A DNA stretch of 41,749 nt from Elusimicrobiota bacterium (lineage in GTDB: Bacteria > Elusimicrobiota > Elusimicrobia > JACQPE01), in assembly GCA_016209025.1 (NCBI GenBank), contig JACQWW010000079.1:1-41749 (forward strand). The letters are read 5' to 3'. The notes beneath the pieces are model-generated. The model saw nothing but the letters and a program-made list of their open reading frames with translations. It had not been told where the DNA came from and did not search any database. Shown here one piece after another: positions 27,570-36,395 of the stretch. How positions within the stretch are numbered: position 1 is the first letter of the stretch; the number at the start of each line of letters is the position of its first letter. The position numbers and the translations under genes were made by a program.

Positions 27570-28909
27570 TGGACCAAATCGTCAATCTTTTTAAAATTCC
27601 GGATTTACGGCGCCGTCTGCTTTTTAGCGCCGGAGCCCTGGCGGTTTACCGTATCGGCGCCGCCATTCCTTTGCCCGGCATCAATACCGAGGCTCTGCGC
27701 GTGCTTTTCGAGCAGCACCGCGGTTCTTTTTTGGGTTTTTTGGACATTTTTTCCGGAGGGGCGTTGTCCAAGTTTTCCATTTTAACGCTGGGCACCATTC
27801 CTTATATCAACTCCTCGATCATCATGAGCCTGCTTCAAGGCGCCCATGTCATCCCCTGGCTTGAAAGGATTTCGCGCGAAGGAGAGACCGGGCGCAAGAG
27901 AATCCAGCAGATCACCAGATACCTGACCGTCTGCCTGGCTTTGTTTCAATCGTTCGCCATTGCCATCGGATTTTCCAGCACTCAGGGGCCGGGCAGCGCG
28001 CCTATTATCATGAATGCGACCATGGGTTTTTACCTGATGACGGCCTTAACCTGGACGGCCGGAGCCATTTTTGTCATGTGGATGGGCGAGCAGATTACGG
28101 AATTCGGGATCGGCAACGGCATTTCCCTGATCATTTTTACCGGCATCATCGCCCGTTTCCCGGCCGCGGTCAGCGATGTCGTGCGTTTGGTGCGGGTGGA
28201 GGAGTTGTCGCTTTTGCTGGCGCTTATCCTAATCGCTCTTGTCGTCGTTGTCTGCGGTCTTGTCGTCTGGGTCGAAACCGCCCAGCGCCAGATTCCCGTT
28301 CAATACGCCAAAAGAATGGTCGGCCGAAAGATGATGGGCGGAGCCAGCACTTATTTGCCGATCAAGCTCGATCCCAGCGGCGTGGTGGCCGTTATTTTTG
28401 CGTCAGCCGTGATTCAGGCGCCCATGTTTTTGAGCCAGCTCGCCCCGAATTCCGCGGTCTCGGGATTTATCCAAAAGGTTTTTGGGGGGTTTGACACGGG
28501 CCAGCCGTTATTTGCAATGCTCTTTGGCGGGCTGATCATCTTTTTTTGTTACTTTTATAATTCCATCGCCATCAATCCCCAGGATCTGGCCGAGAACCTG
28601 AAAAAGTGGGGAGGTTTTATCCCGGGAATACGGCCGGGAAAGGCCACGGCCGAATACATCGAATGGATCGTTGAGCATCTGACGCTTTTCGGGGCGCTCT
28701 TTGTGGTCGCGATCGCGGTTTTGCCGGATTGCCTGCGCCGTTTTTTTACCGCTCCGTTTTTTTTCGGGAGCACCTCGCTTTTGATCGTGGTCGGCGTGGC
28801 TTTGGATACCATCGGACAATTAGAAGCGCATCTCTTGATGCGCCATTACGAAGGTTTCATGAAGCAGGGCCGTATCAAAGGCCGCTGGTTCAACGTGGGG
28901 CAATCATGA
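27569..28909 (+). CDS. secY: Preprotein translocase subunit SecY
   Basis: 446 aa polytopic protein, 'LRRRLLFSAGALAVYRIGAAIPLPGIN', 'GGALSKFSILTLGTIPYINSSIIMSLL', 'GRKRIQQITRYLTV', 'ENLKKWGGFIPGIRPGKATAEYI'. Confidence 0.96.
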   Translation: MDQIVNLFKIPDLRRRLLFSAGALAVYRIGAAIPLPGINTEALRVLFEQHRGSFLGFLDIFSGGALSKFSILTLGTIPYINSSIIMSLLQGAHVIPWLERISREGETGRKRIQQITRYLTVCLALFQSFAIAIGFSSTQGPGSAPIIMNATMGFYLMTALTWTAGAIFVMWMGEQITEFGIGNGISLIIFTGIIARFPAAVSDVVRLVRVEELSLLLALILIALVVVVCGLVVWVETAQRQIPVQYAKRMVGRKMMGGASTYLPIKLDPSGVVAVIFASAVIQAPMFLSQLAPNSAVSGFIQKVFGGFDTGQPLFAMLFGGLIIFFCYFYNSIAINPQDLAENLKKWGGFIPGIRPGKATAEYIEWIVEHLTLFGALFVVAIAVLPDCLRRFFTAPFFFGSTSLLIVVGVALDTIGQLEAHLLMRHYEGFMKQGRIKGRWFNVGQS

Positions 28910-28931
28910 TAATGAAAAAAGAGGAGGCGTC

Positions 28932-29579
28932 ATGAGAATTATTTTATTAGGCGCGCCGGGTTCGGGTAAAGGCACCCAGGCCGTGCGGCTTGCCGGGCGC
29001 TTTAAAATTCCTCACGTATCCACCGGGGACATTTTTCGAGATGAGATCGCCCGGCAGACGCCGCTCGGCCTTGAGGTCCAGGAATGCATCTCATCGGGAC
29101 GTTTGGTTTCGGATAATTTGACGTTGAGCGTCATTTTCAAGCGTCTGGAGCGGCCCGATTGCGCGGACGGTTTCCTTCTGGATGGTTTTCCCAGGACCAC
29201 GGCGCAGGCCGAGGGCTTGAGCGCCTATTTGGATAAAAAGTCGCTGAAGCTTGACCGGGTTTTTTATCTGGATGTTCCGGAAGAGGTTTTGGTCAACCGG
29301 CTTTCAGCCAGGCGGTCTTGCCCCGGCTGTCAGGCTGTTTATAATTTAGTCTCCAATGCGCCTAAAACCGCTTCGGTCTGCGATCGCTGCGGCGGCAAGC
29401 TGGTCGGCCGGGCCGACGACGAGCCCAACACCGTTAGAAAGCGCCTGATGGTTTATCAGGAGCTGACCGCCCCCCTTATCGCTTATTATAAAACCGCCGC
29501 CTCTTTTTCCGGCATTGACGCGTCGCGCTCAGTGGATGAGATAGTGGAGCAGATTTCAGCCGCCTTGGAGGAAAAGTGA
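28932..29579 (+). CDS. adk: Adenylate kinase (with zinc-type lid)
   Basis: 'MRIILLGAPGSGKGTQA', 'GFLLDGFPRT', lid 'CPGCQAVYN...CDRCGGKLVGRADD'. Confidence 0.96.
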   Translation: MRIILLGAPGSGKGTQAVRLAGRFKIPHVSTGDIFRDEIARQTPLGLEVQECISSGRLVSDNLTLSVIFKRLERPDCADGFLLDGFPRTTAQAEGLSAYLDKKSLKLDRVFYLDVPEEVLVNRLSARRSCPGCQAVYNLVSNAPKTASVCDRCGGKLVGRADDEPNTVRKRLMVYQELTAPLIAYYKTAASFSGIDASRSVDEIVEQISAALEEK

Positions 29580-30364
29580 GCCGGACCGCTGCGCCGGTCA
29601 TCAATGTCAAAAGTAAGCGGGAAATCGCCAAAATCCGGCAGGCGTGCCGCATTGCCGCGGCGACTTTGGCCGAACTGGTCAAGATCGTCAAGCCGGGCGT
29701 GAGCACCGCCATGATTGACGAAGCGGCCCAGGATTTTCTAAGCCGTTATCCGGGCGCGCGCGCGGCTTTTTACGGCTATCGCGGTTTTCCTGGGCATGTC
29801 TGCGTTTCGATCAATGCCGAGGTTGTTCACGGAGTTCCGCGAAAGAACCGAATAGTGCGCGAGGGGGACCTGGTCAGCCTCGATTGGGGCGTAAGCTATG
29901 ACGGGTTTTTCGGAGACTGCGCCGCCACTGCGGCCGCCGGCCGAATCAGCGAATCAGCCGAGCGCCTCGTGGCTCTGACCAGACAGTGCCTTGACAGGGC
30001 CATAAATGTCGTCAAGCCGGGGGCGGCGGTGGGCGATATCGGCCATGCCATTCAAAGCCATGCCCAATCAAACGGCGCCAATGTCATCAGGGATTATGTG
30101 GGACATGGAATCGGCCGCAGCCTTCATGAAGAGCCGGCCATTCCCAATTGGGGAGAGCCGGGCAAAGGGGCCAGGCTCATAGCCGGCATGACGATCGCCG
30201 TCGAGCCGATGGTGACGCTGGGCAGCGGCGCCGTTCAAACGGACGGCGACGGATGGACCGCGAAAACCAAAGACAACGCCCTGACGGCTCATTTTGAGCA
30301 CACTCTTTTGGTCACGGATGAGGCGGCGGAGATTTTAACGCTTAACGGACACTTAAATGACTAA
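29576..30364 (+). CDS. map: Methionine aminopeptidase type I
   Basis: '[12 protein letters not shown]', '[20 protein letters not shown]', '[15 protein letters not shown]', 'MTIAVEPM', '[10 protein letters not shown]'. Confidence 0.95.
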   Translation: MSRTAAPVINVKSKREIAKIRQACRIAAATLAELVKIVKPGVSTAMIDEAAQDFLSRYPGARAAFYGYRGFPGHVCVSINAEVVHGVPRKNRIVREGDLVSLDWGVSYDGFFGDCAATAAAGRISESAERLVALTRQCLDRAINVVKPGAAVGDIGHAIQSHAQSNGANVIRDYVGHGIGRSLHEEPAIPNWGEPGKGARLIAGMTIAVEPMVTLGSGAVQTDGDGWTAKTKDNALTAHFEHTLLVTDEAAEILTLNGHLND

Positions 30365-30575
30365 AGAGGAGAAAATTATTTTGGAAGGGGTCGTAACGGA
30401 AGCTTTGCCCAACGCCATGTTCCGGGTTAACGTGGGCAATAATCGCATCTGCCTGGCGCATGTTTCCGGTAAAATGCGCATGCATTTTGTGCGGATTTTG
30501 CCTGGAGACAAAGTGCGCGTCGAGCTTTCTCCCTATGATTTGACGCGCGGCCGCATCACCTATAGATTGGAATGA
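30357..30575 (+). CDS. infA: Translation initiation factor IF-1
   Basis: '[64 protein letters not shown]'. Confidence 0.97.
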   Translation: MTKEEKIILEGVVTEALPNAMFRVNVGNNRICLAHVSGKMRMHFVRILPGDKVRVELSPYDLTRGRITYRLE

Positions 30576-30604
30576 GGAAAATTTTACGATGTGCTCATCG
30601 AATA

Positions 30605-30637
30605 TCCGACCCGTCAGACCTGTCAGACATGTCCGAC
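30605..30637 (+). repeat. Family B 9-mer array B5, 4 units (infA | rpmJ gap)
   Basis: 'tccgaccc gtcagacct gtcagacat gtccgac'. Confidence 0.9.
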
Positions 30638-30656
30638 GATCGAAGCGAGGTGTAAT

Positions 30657-30770
30657 GTGAAGGTTCGCAGTTCGATCAAGCCGATTTGCCAGAAATGCAA
30701 GGTGATTCGGCGCCACGGAGTCGTAAGGATAATTTGCAAAAATCCAAGGCACAATCAGAGGCAAGGATGA
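30657..30770 (+). CDS. rpmJ: 50S ribosomal protein L36
   Basis: Hand translation from the GTG at 30657 gives '[37 protein letters not shown]'. It is absent from the ORF track (below the size cutoff). GTG lies 6 nt after 'cgaagcgagg'. Confidence 0.92.
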   Translation: MKVRSSIKPICQKCKVIRRHGVVRIICKNPRHNQRQG

Positions 30771-30774
30771 AAGC

Positions 30775-30859
30775 GAGAATGTGGAATGTTGAATATGGAA
30801 TATTGGGGAGGAATGACTTTCTATTTCTTCCAGCATTCAACATTCAATATTCAATATTC
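30775..30859 (+). repeat. Family A heptamer hairpin A7 (rpmJ | rpsM gap)
   Basis: 'gagaatgtggaatgttgaatatggaatattgggg' - loop - 'ccagcattcaacattcaatattcaatattc'. Confidence 0.9.
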
Positions 30860-30890
30860 ACGTTCATGAATTTTGTCAATGGAGGTTTAA

Positions 30891-31316
30891 ATGGCTAGAG
30901 TAGCCGGCGTTGACTTGGCCGCTCATAAACGGGTGGATGCGGCTTTGATCCGTATCTACGGGATCGGACCGAACAATGTCCGCGTTATTTTAAAAAACGC
31001 CCAAATACCCGGCGAGACCCGCGTTAAAAATTTGAACGAAGCCCAATTGGCGGCTCTTAACGCGGTTATCGCCAAAGATTTTCGCGTTGAGGGCGAATTG
31101 CGCCGGGATATTGAAGCCGATATCCGCCGCTATATTGAAATCGGATGCTATCACGGCCAGCGTCACCGCCGCAATCTGCCGGTCCGCGGGCAGAGAACGC
31201 GCACTAATGCCCGCACCAGGCGCGGTTCAAGGCGGACGGTGGGAGCCGTCAAGCCGGGCATCAAAGAGGCGCCTGCCCAGCCGGCTGCTTCCAAACAACC
31301 GGCCAAGAAGCCATGA
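30891..31316 (+). CDS. rpsM: 30S ribosomal protein S13
   Basis: 'MARVAGVDL', 'IYGIGPNN', 'IEIGCYHGQRHRRNLPVRGQRTRTNARTRRG'. Confidence 0.96.
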   Translation: MARVAGVDLAAHKRVDAALIRIYGIGPNNVRVILKNAQIPGETRVKNLNEAQLAALNAVIAKDFRVEGELRRDIEADIRRYIEIGCYHGQRHRRNLPVRGQRTRTNARTRRGSRRTVGAVKPGIKEAPAQPAASKQPAKKP

Positions 31317-31339
31317 AAATTTTACAGTGAGGTGCTTTA

Positions 31340-31750
31340 ATGGCAACTGAGAGAAAACCTGAATCAGGACCTTCAAGACGCCAAGACAGGCGCAAGTTCG
31401 GCGCTATCGAGCAGGCCAGGGCCTATATTCATTCGTCGTTCAACAATACGATCGTGACATTCACCGATGAGCGGGGGCAGGTGTTGATTTGGGCGAGCGC
31501 CGGCCTATGCGGTTTTAAAGGGACAAAAAAAGGCACGCCTTATGCCGCCCAAATTGCCGCCGAGCGGGTGGCCAAACGGGCTTTGGAAATCGGCGTGCGC
31601 AGCGTTTCGGTTTTTGTCAGGGGGCCGGGGCCGGGCAGGGAAGTCGCCATCCGCACGCTTCACGCGGCGGGGCTGAGAATTTTATCCATCAAGGATATCA
31701 CACCATTGCCCCACAACGGCTGCCGGCCGCCCAAAGCGAGAAGAGTATGA
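31340..31750 (+). CDS. rpsK: 30S ribosomal protein S11
   Basis: '[28 protein letters not shown]', '[17 protein letters not shown]', '[21 protein letters not shown]'. Confidence 0.97.
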   Translation: MATERKPESGPSRRQDRRKFGAIEQARAYIHSSFNNTIVTFTDERGQVLIWASAGLCGFKGTKKGTPYAAQIAAERVAKRALEIGVRSVSVFVRGPGPGREVAIRTLHAAGLRILSIKDITPLPHNGCRPPKARRV

Positions 31751-31762
31751 ACGAGGTGTTTT

Positions 31763-32398
31763 ATGTCTAATCTTCACGCGCCGGTTTGCCGGCGCTGCCG
31801 CAGAGAAGGCGCGAAGCTTTTTCTTAAGGGTGAAAAATGTTTCATTAAATGCGTTGTCGAAAAGAGGCCTTTTGCGCCGGGCCGGGCCGGCAAGTCAAGA
31901 ACACGCAAAAAAACGACGGATTACGGCATTCGCCTGCGGGAAAAGCAAAAGCTTAAAAAAATGCTGGGAATCAATGAAGCTAAAATGAAGCTTTATTATG
32001 AAAGAGCCCAGCGGATGCCCGGCAGAACCGGCGAGAATCTTTTAAAACTCGTGGAGATGAGGCTCGACAACGTTGCACGGCGCCTTGGGCTGGCCACCAG
32101 TCCCAGGTTTGCCAGGCAGTTGGTCGGCCACGGCCATGTTTTAATCGGCGGCAGGCGCATAACGGTTCCTTCCTATGAGGTCAAGCCTGGAGACATTCTG
32201 GAGCTTAAAGGCTTGAAGAATAATTTTTTTGTGGATCTTTCCCGGCAGAATTTCGAGCGCCGCGGCGGCGTTTTGCCGGGCTGGCTCAACTGGGACAGCG
32301 CTTCGCAGAAAGGCCGGGTTTTGCGTCTGCCGGAAAAAGGCGAGCTTTCTTTTCCGATTAATGATCAATATATCGTGGAGTTTTATACCCGAAGATAG
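31763..32398 (+). CDS. rpsD: 30S ribosomal protein S4
   Basis: 'CRRCRREGAKLFLKGEKC', 'YGIRLREKQKLKKM', 'LEMRLDNVARRLGLATSPRFARQLVGHGHVLIGGRRITVPSYEVKPGD'. Confidence 0.96.
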   Translation: MSNLHAPVCRRCRREGAKLFLKGEKCFIKCVVEKRPFAPGRAGKSRTRKKTTDYGIRLREKQKLKKMLGINEAKMKLYYERAQRMPGRTGENLLKLVEMRLDNVARRLGLATSPRFARQLVGHGHVLIGGRRITVPSYEVKPGDILELKGLKNNFFVDLSRQNFERRGGVLPGWLNWDSASQKGRVLRLPEKGELSFPINDQYIVEFYTRR

Positions 32399-32403
32399 CA
32401 AGA

Positions 32404-32516
32404 GAGAATGTCGAATGTGGAATATGGAATATGGGGTGAAAAAAAGAAAAAAAAGAAAATGCGAGGGCCGCTTTTATTCTTTTCGTCCAATATTCTACAT
32501 TCCATATTCTATATTC
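32404..32516 (+). repeat. Family A heptamer hairpin A8, long-loop variant (rpsD | rpoA gap)
   Basis: 'gagaatgtcgaatgtggaatatggaatatgggg' - ~45 nt A-rich loop - 'ccaatattctacattccatattctatattc'. Confidence 0.88.
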
Positions 32517-32541
32517 GAGTTTTAAGAGGAGGAATGAAAAC

Positions 32542-33597
32542 ATGACTGAGGCGCCGGTTCAAATGAGCAAGGAATTAATTTTTCCAACAAGAGTGAATTT
32601 TGACAAAGAGAAGCTGACCGACAATTATGGGCGTTTTACCGTCGAGCCTTTGGAACGAGGCTGGGGCTACACGATCGGCAATTCTTTGCGCCGCATTTTG
32701 CTTTCAAGCCTTGACGGCGTCGCCGTGACCGCGGTCAAGATCGCCGGGGTCCGCCACGAGTTTACGGCCTTAAAGGGCGTCAAAGAGGACGTGCTGCATA
32801 TTTTGCTTAATTTTAAGAAGCTCAGGCTCAAGCTTTTTTCCGATGGGCCGGAAATTCTTTATCTCCAAGCTGAAAAAAGCGGCGAGGTCAAGGCTTCGCA
32901 GATCAGGCAGACGCCTAACGTGGAGATTTTAAGCAAAGAATTGGCGATCGCTACGCTTGAGCCGGGCGCCAAACTGGATATCGAAATCGAAATATCACGG
33001 GGCCGCGGATACCTGCCGAGAGAGAGCAATCAACGCGAAGGCCGCGCCGCGGGATTCATCGCCGTTGATGCCTTGTTTTCACCGGTAGTCAAAGTCAATT
33101 ACGATGTCGAGCACGCCCGCGTCGGCCACATTACCGATTACGATAAGCTCCTTATTGACGTCTGGACGGACAGCTCGGTGACGCCGCCCGAAGCGGTCAT
33201 CAAAAGCCTCAAGATCCTTTCGGGCCTGGCCGGGACCCTGCTTGGGGCGTTGTCCGACGGCGGCAAGAAAAACAGCCCGGCCGCGGCTCCCGCGGCGGAC
33301 GAGGAGACGGCTCTTCATGATGTGACGGAAGAAATCGGCAAGACCAAGACATCGGATTATTCCCAGGCTTTAAGGGACCCCAAAATCCAGGAGACCTTGA
33401 ATCAGCCGATTGAAGCGCTGGAACTGGTCCCCCGGACCCTTAATTGCCTGAAAGTCGCCCACATCAAGATCATACGTGAATTAGTCCGCAAAACGGATGA
33501 AGAGCTTTTGGCGTATAAGAATTTCGGAGAGAAATCCTTGAACGAAGTCAAGGAAAGACTCAAAGAGCTGGGCTTAAATATCGGAATGAAAGCATGA
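32542..33597 (+). CDS. rpoA: DNA-directed RNA polymerase alpha subunit
   Basis: 'GRFTVEPLERGWGYTIGNSLRRILLSSLDGVAVTAVKI', C-terminal domain 'IEALELVPRTLNCLKVAHIKIIRELVRKTDEELLAYKNFGEKSLNEVKERL'. Confidence 0.96.
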   Translation: MTEAPVQMSKELIFPTRVNFDKEKLTDNYGRFTVEPLERGWGYTIGNSLRRILLSSLDGVAVTAVKIAGVRHEFTALKGVKEDVLHILLNFKKLRLKLFSDGPEILYLQAEKSGEVKASQIRQTPNVEILSKELAIATLEPGAKLDIEIEISRGRGYLPRESNQREGRAAGFIAVDALFSPVVKVNYDVEHARVGHITDYDKLLIDVWTDSSVTPPEAVIKSLKILSGLAGTLLGALSDGGKKNSPAAAPAADEETALHDVTEEIGKTKTSDYSQALRDPKIQETLNQPIEALELVPRTLNCLKVAHIKIIRELVRKTDEELLAYKNFGEKSLNEVKERLKELGLNIGMKA

Positions 33598-33956
33598 TTA
33601 AAACTTATGCGCGGCGCAAGCTCGGGGTCCGGCCGGCTCATCGCAAGATGATGATGAGACAGCTGGCTGTCAGCCTCATTCATCATGAAAAGATCACGAC
33701 GACCGGCGCCCGGGCCAAGGAGCTCAAGGTTTACGCCGAGAGAATGATTTCACGGCTGACCAGGCTCAAAGATCCCCTGCGGCAGGCCCGGCAAGCCGCC
33801 CGGTGGCTCGCCCCGAACGGCTTGGATGTGTCAAAAAAGCTTCGTGAGACAATCGTACCCCGCTACCGCGGCAAAACCGGCGGCTACTTAAGAATCACGG
33901 CCCTGCCGCCGCGCCGCTCGGACCGCGCCTGTTTGAGCCGGGTGGAACTGGTGTGA
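33594..33956 (+). CDS. rplQ: 50S ribosomal protein L17
   Basis: 'RKLGVRPAHRKMMMRQLAVSLIHHEKITTTGARAKELKVYAERMI', 'GGYLRI'. The ATG overlaps the rpoA TGA (ATGA). Confidence 0.94.
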   Translation: MIKTYARRKLGVRPAHRKMMMRQLAVSLIHHEKITTTGARAKELKVYAERMISRLTRLKDPLRQARQAARWLAPNGLDVSKKLRETIVPRYRGKTGGYLRITALPPRRSDRACLSRVELV

Positions 33957-33968
33957 AAATTTTTCAGG

Positions 33969-34971
<1,003 letters not shown>

Positions 34972-34973
34972 AA

Positions 34974-35015
34974 TCAGACGGGTCGGACAGGTCCGACATG
35001 TCGGACCTGTCCGAT
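34974..35015 (+). repeat. Family B 9-mer array B7, 5 units (mreB | mreC gap)
   Basis: 'tcagacgg gtcggacag gtccgacat gtcggacct gtccgat'. Confidence 0.9.
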
Positions 35016-35022
35016 AAAGGAA

Positions 35023-35877
35023 ATGAAAAAAGATTTTTATTTAGCCTTAGGGCTGACTGTTTTTTTGATGATCCTGGCCGGCTCAAGCCTGGCTGGACGC
35101 CTTGCCGCCTGGCGGGCCGTGGCCTGGTATCTGGTCAATCCGGCGCCGACAGCCATGGCCCAAGCCCAGCGGCACGCTTATCATCTTGGCGAAAGCTGGG
35201 AAAAACTTTTTGAGGCAAGGCGTTATCTGGACACCCTTGAAAAAATTCAAGCCGGACGCGATTTGGAAAATTTGCGCCAATCGCTGGCGATAGAGGAGGA
35301 TTCGCGCCGCCGGACAATCGAGGCCGAAAGCCAAAAAACCGTGGCCGGCTCCCTGGCGGATAAATGGCAGACGCAGGTCGTCGAGATCGTCTATCGCGGC
35401 ATTGGCGAAAGCGACTGGGTTTCCCAGGCCTGCGTTTCAAAACAGCCGGCTGCGTTTAAGTTTTACGCGCCGGCTCTCCAATTTTACCGGCCCAGGGGGG
35501 AATTTATTTTAGCCGGCCGCTTGAGACCCGAGCCGGCCGGGCAATTTTTTTACCAATGCTTTGAATTGGTCACGAGTCCGCGCCATGCGGCGGCCGTCAT
35601 TCTGGCGACGACCGGCGAAGCGGCTTTGCTCGCCGGCTTGGGCAGGCCGGACCGCCTGCGCCTGAGCTACCTTCCTTTGGATTCAAAGGCCGCTGTCGGC
35701 GAGCGCGTTATGACTTCGGCGGCAAGTTCGGTGTATCCGCCCGGCCTGGCCGTCGGCGAGATCGTCGAGATCGAACCGCTTAGATCCTCGCAATTGTTTA
35801 AAACGGCCTATGTCCGGCCTTATCTTGACTTGGCGCGCCTGGAGCGCCTGGTTGTGTTAAAACCTGAGGAATTTTAG
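35023..35877 (+). CDS. mreC: Rod-shape protein MreC
   Basis: 284 aa with an N-terminal TM segment, a coiled region, C-terminal 'GERVMTSAASSVYPPGLAVGEIVEI' and 'VRPYLDLARLERLVVL', located between mreB and mreD. Confidence 0.85.
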   Translation: MKKDFYLALGLTVFLMILAGSSLAGRLAAWRAVAWYLVNPAPTAMAQAQRHAYHLGESWEKLFEARRYLDTLEKIQAGRDLENLRQSLAIEEDSRRRTIEAESQKTVAGSLADKWQTQVVEIVYRGIGESDWVSQACVSKQPAAFKFYAPALQFYRPRGEFILAGRLRPEPAGQFFYQCFELVTSPRHAAAVILATTGEAALLAGLGRPDRLRLSYLPLDSKAAVGERVMTSAASSVYPPGLAVGEIVEIEPLRSSQLFKTAYVRPYLDLARLERLVVLKPEEF

Positions 35878-36395
35878 TGCTGCGCTTAATTGGCCTGGCT
35901 TTCGCCGTCGTTATTCTGGAGGTTTTTTATAATCTGGCGGGCGGCCGGATGGTTTTTTATTTTTCACCGCTTTTAGCGCTTCAGTCGGTCGTTTTTATCG
36001 GCATGCTCCTGGGTCCCATGGCCGGGCTTGGCTGGGGTTTGGCGGCCGGCCTTCTTGAGGATCTTTGTTTGGTTACGCAAAGCGGCGCCTTCGGCCTGAC
36101 GCCCATCGTTTATCTTTGGATCGGCTGGCTCAGCGGCCGGCTTATGTGCGGCCGCGTCGATACCGCCAGCTGGGCCGTCAGGATGATCGCCACCGGCGCG
36201 GGATGGCTTTCCGGGATCGGCCTGGGGGCGCTTTTAAGCGCGATTTACGCCGGACCCTTGCCGGTGCTTTCGCGTCCTTATTTATTGAGCGGGGCCGTCA
36301 CCCTGGCCGTTCAAATGATGCTGGCGCCCGGGGTCGGAGCCGTCCTGGTGAAAATTCTTCAACCGCGAGGAAAGTTCGATGGCTACACTTTCTGA
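35877..36395 (+). CDS. mreD: Rod-shape protein MreD (polytopic membrane protein)
   Basis: 172-aa hydrophobic ORF between mreC and mrdA. GTG overlaps the mreC stop. Assignment rests mainly on position. Confidence 0.7.
   Translation: MLRLIGLAFAVVILEVFYNLAGGRMVFYFSPLLALQSVVFIGMLLGPMAGLGWGLAAGLLEDLCLVTQSGAFGLTPIVYLWIGWLSGRLMCGRVDTASWAVRMIATGAGWLSGIGLGALLSAIYAGPLPVLSRPYLLSGAVTLAVQMMLAPGVGAVLVKILQPRGKFDGYTF

Noticed and set aside
4475-32516. Possible CRISPR array, given the many short repeats
   Set aside because: Units are 7-9 nt and directly tandem or inverted, with no 25-40 nt unique spacers. Copies are scattered between genes, and no cas genes are present
4475-32516. GGA motifs in family A 5' arms ('atatggaatgt', 'gctggaatat') as CsrA binding sites
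   Set aside because: The resemblance to the CsrA consensus is partial, and GGA arises automatically where a unit ending in G abuts GAAT. No csrA gene or other support is in the window
34998-35213. ORFs starting 'MSDLSDK...' (34998) and 'MSDGSDKSDEK...' (40915), with SDx tripeptide repeats
   Set aside because: The repeat peptide is just the 9-nt GTCNGACNN array read in frame. The ORFs overlap mreC and the RNase E/G gene out of frame
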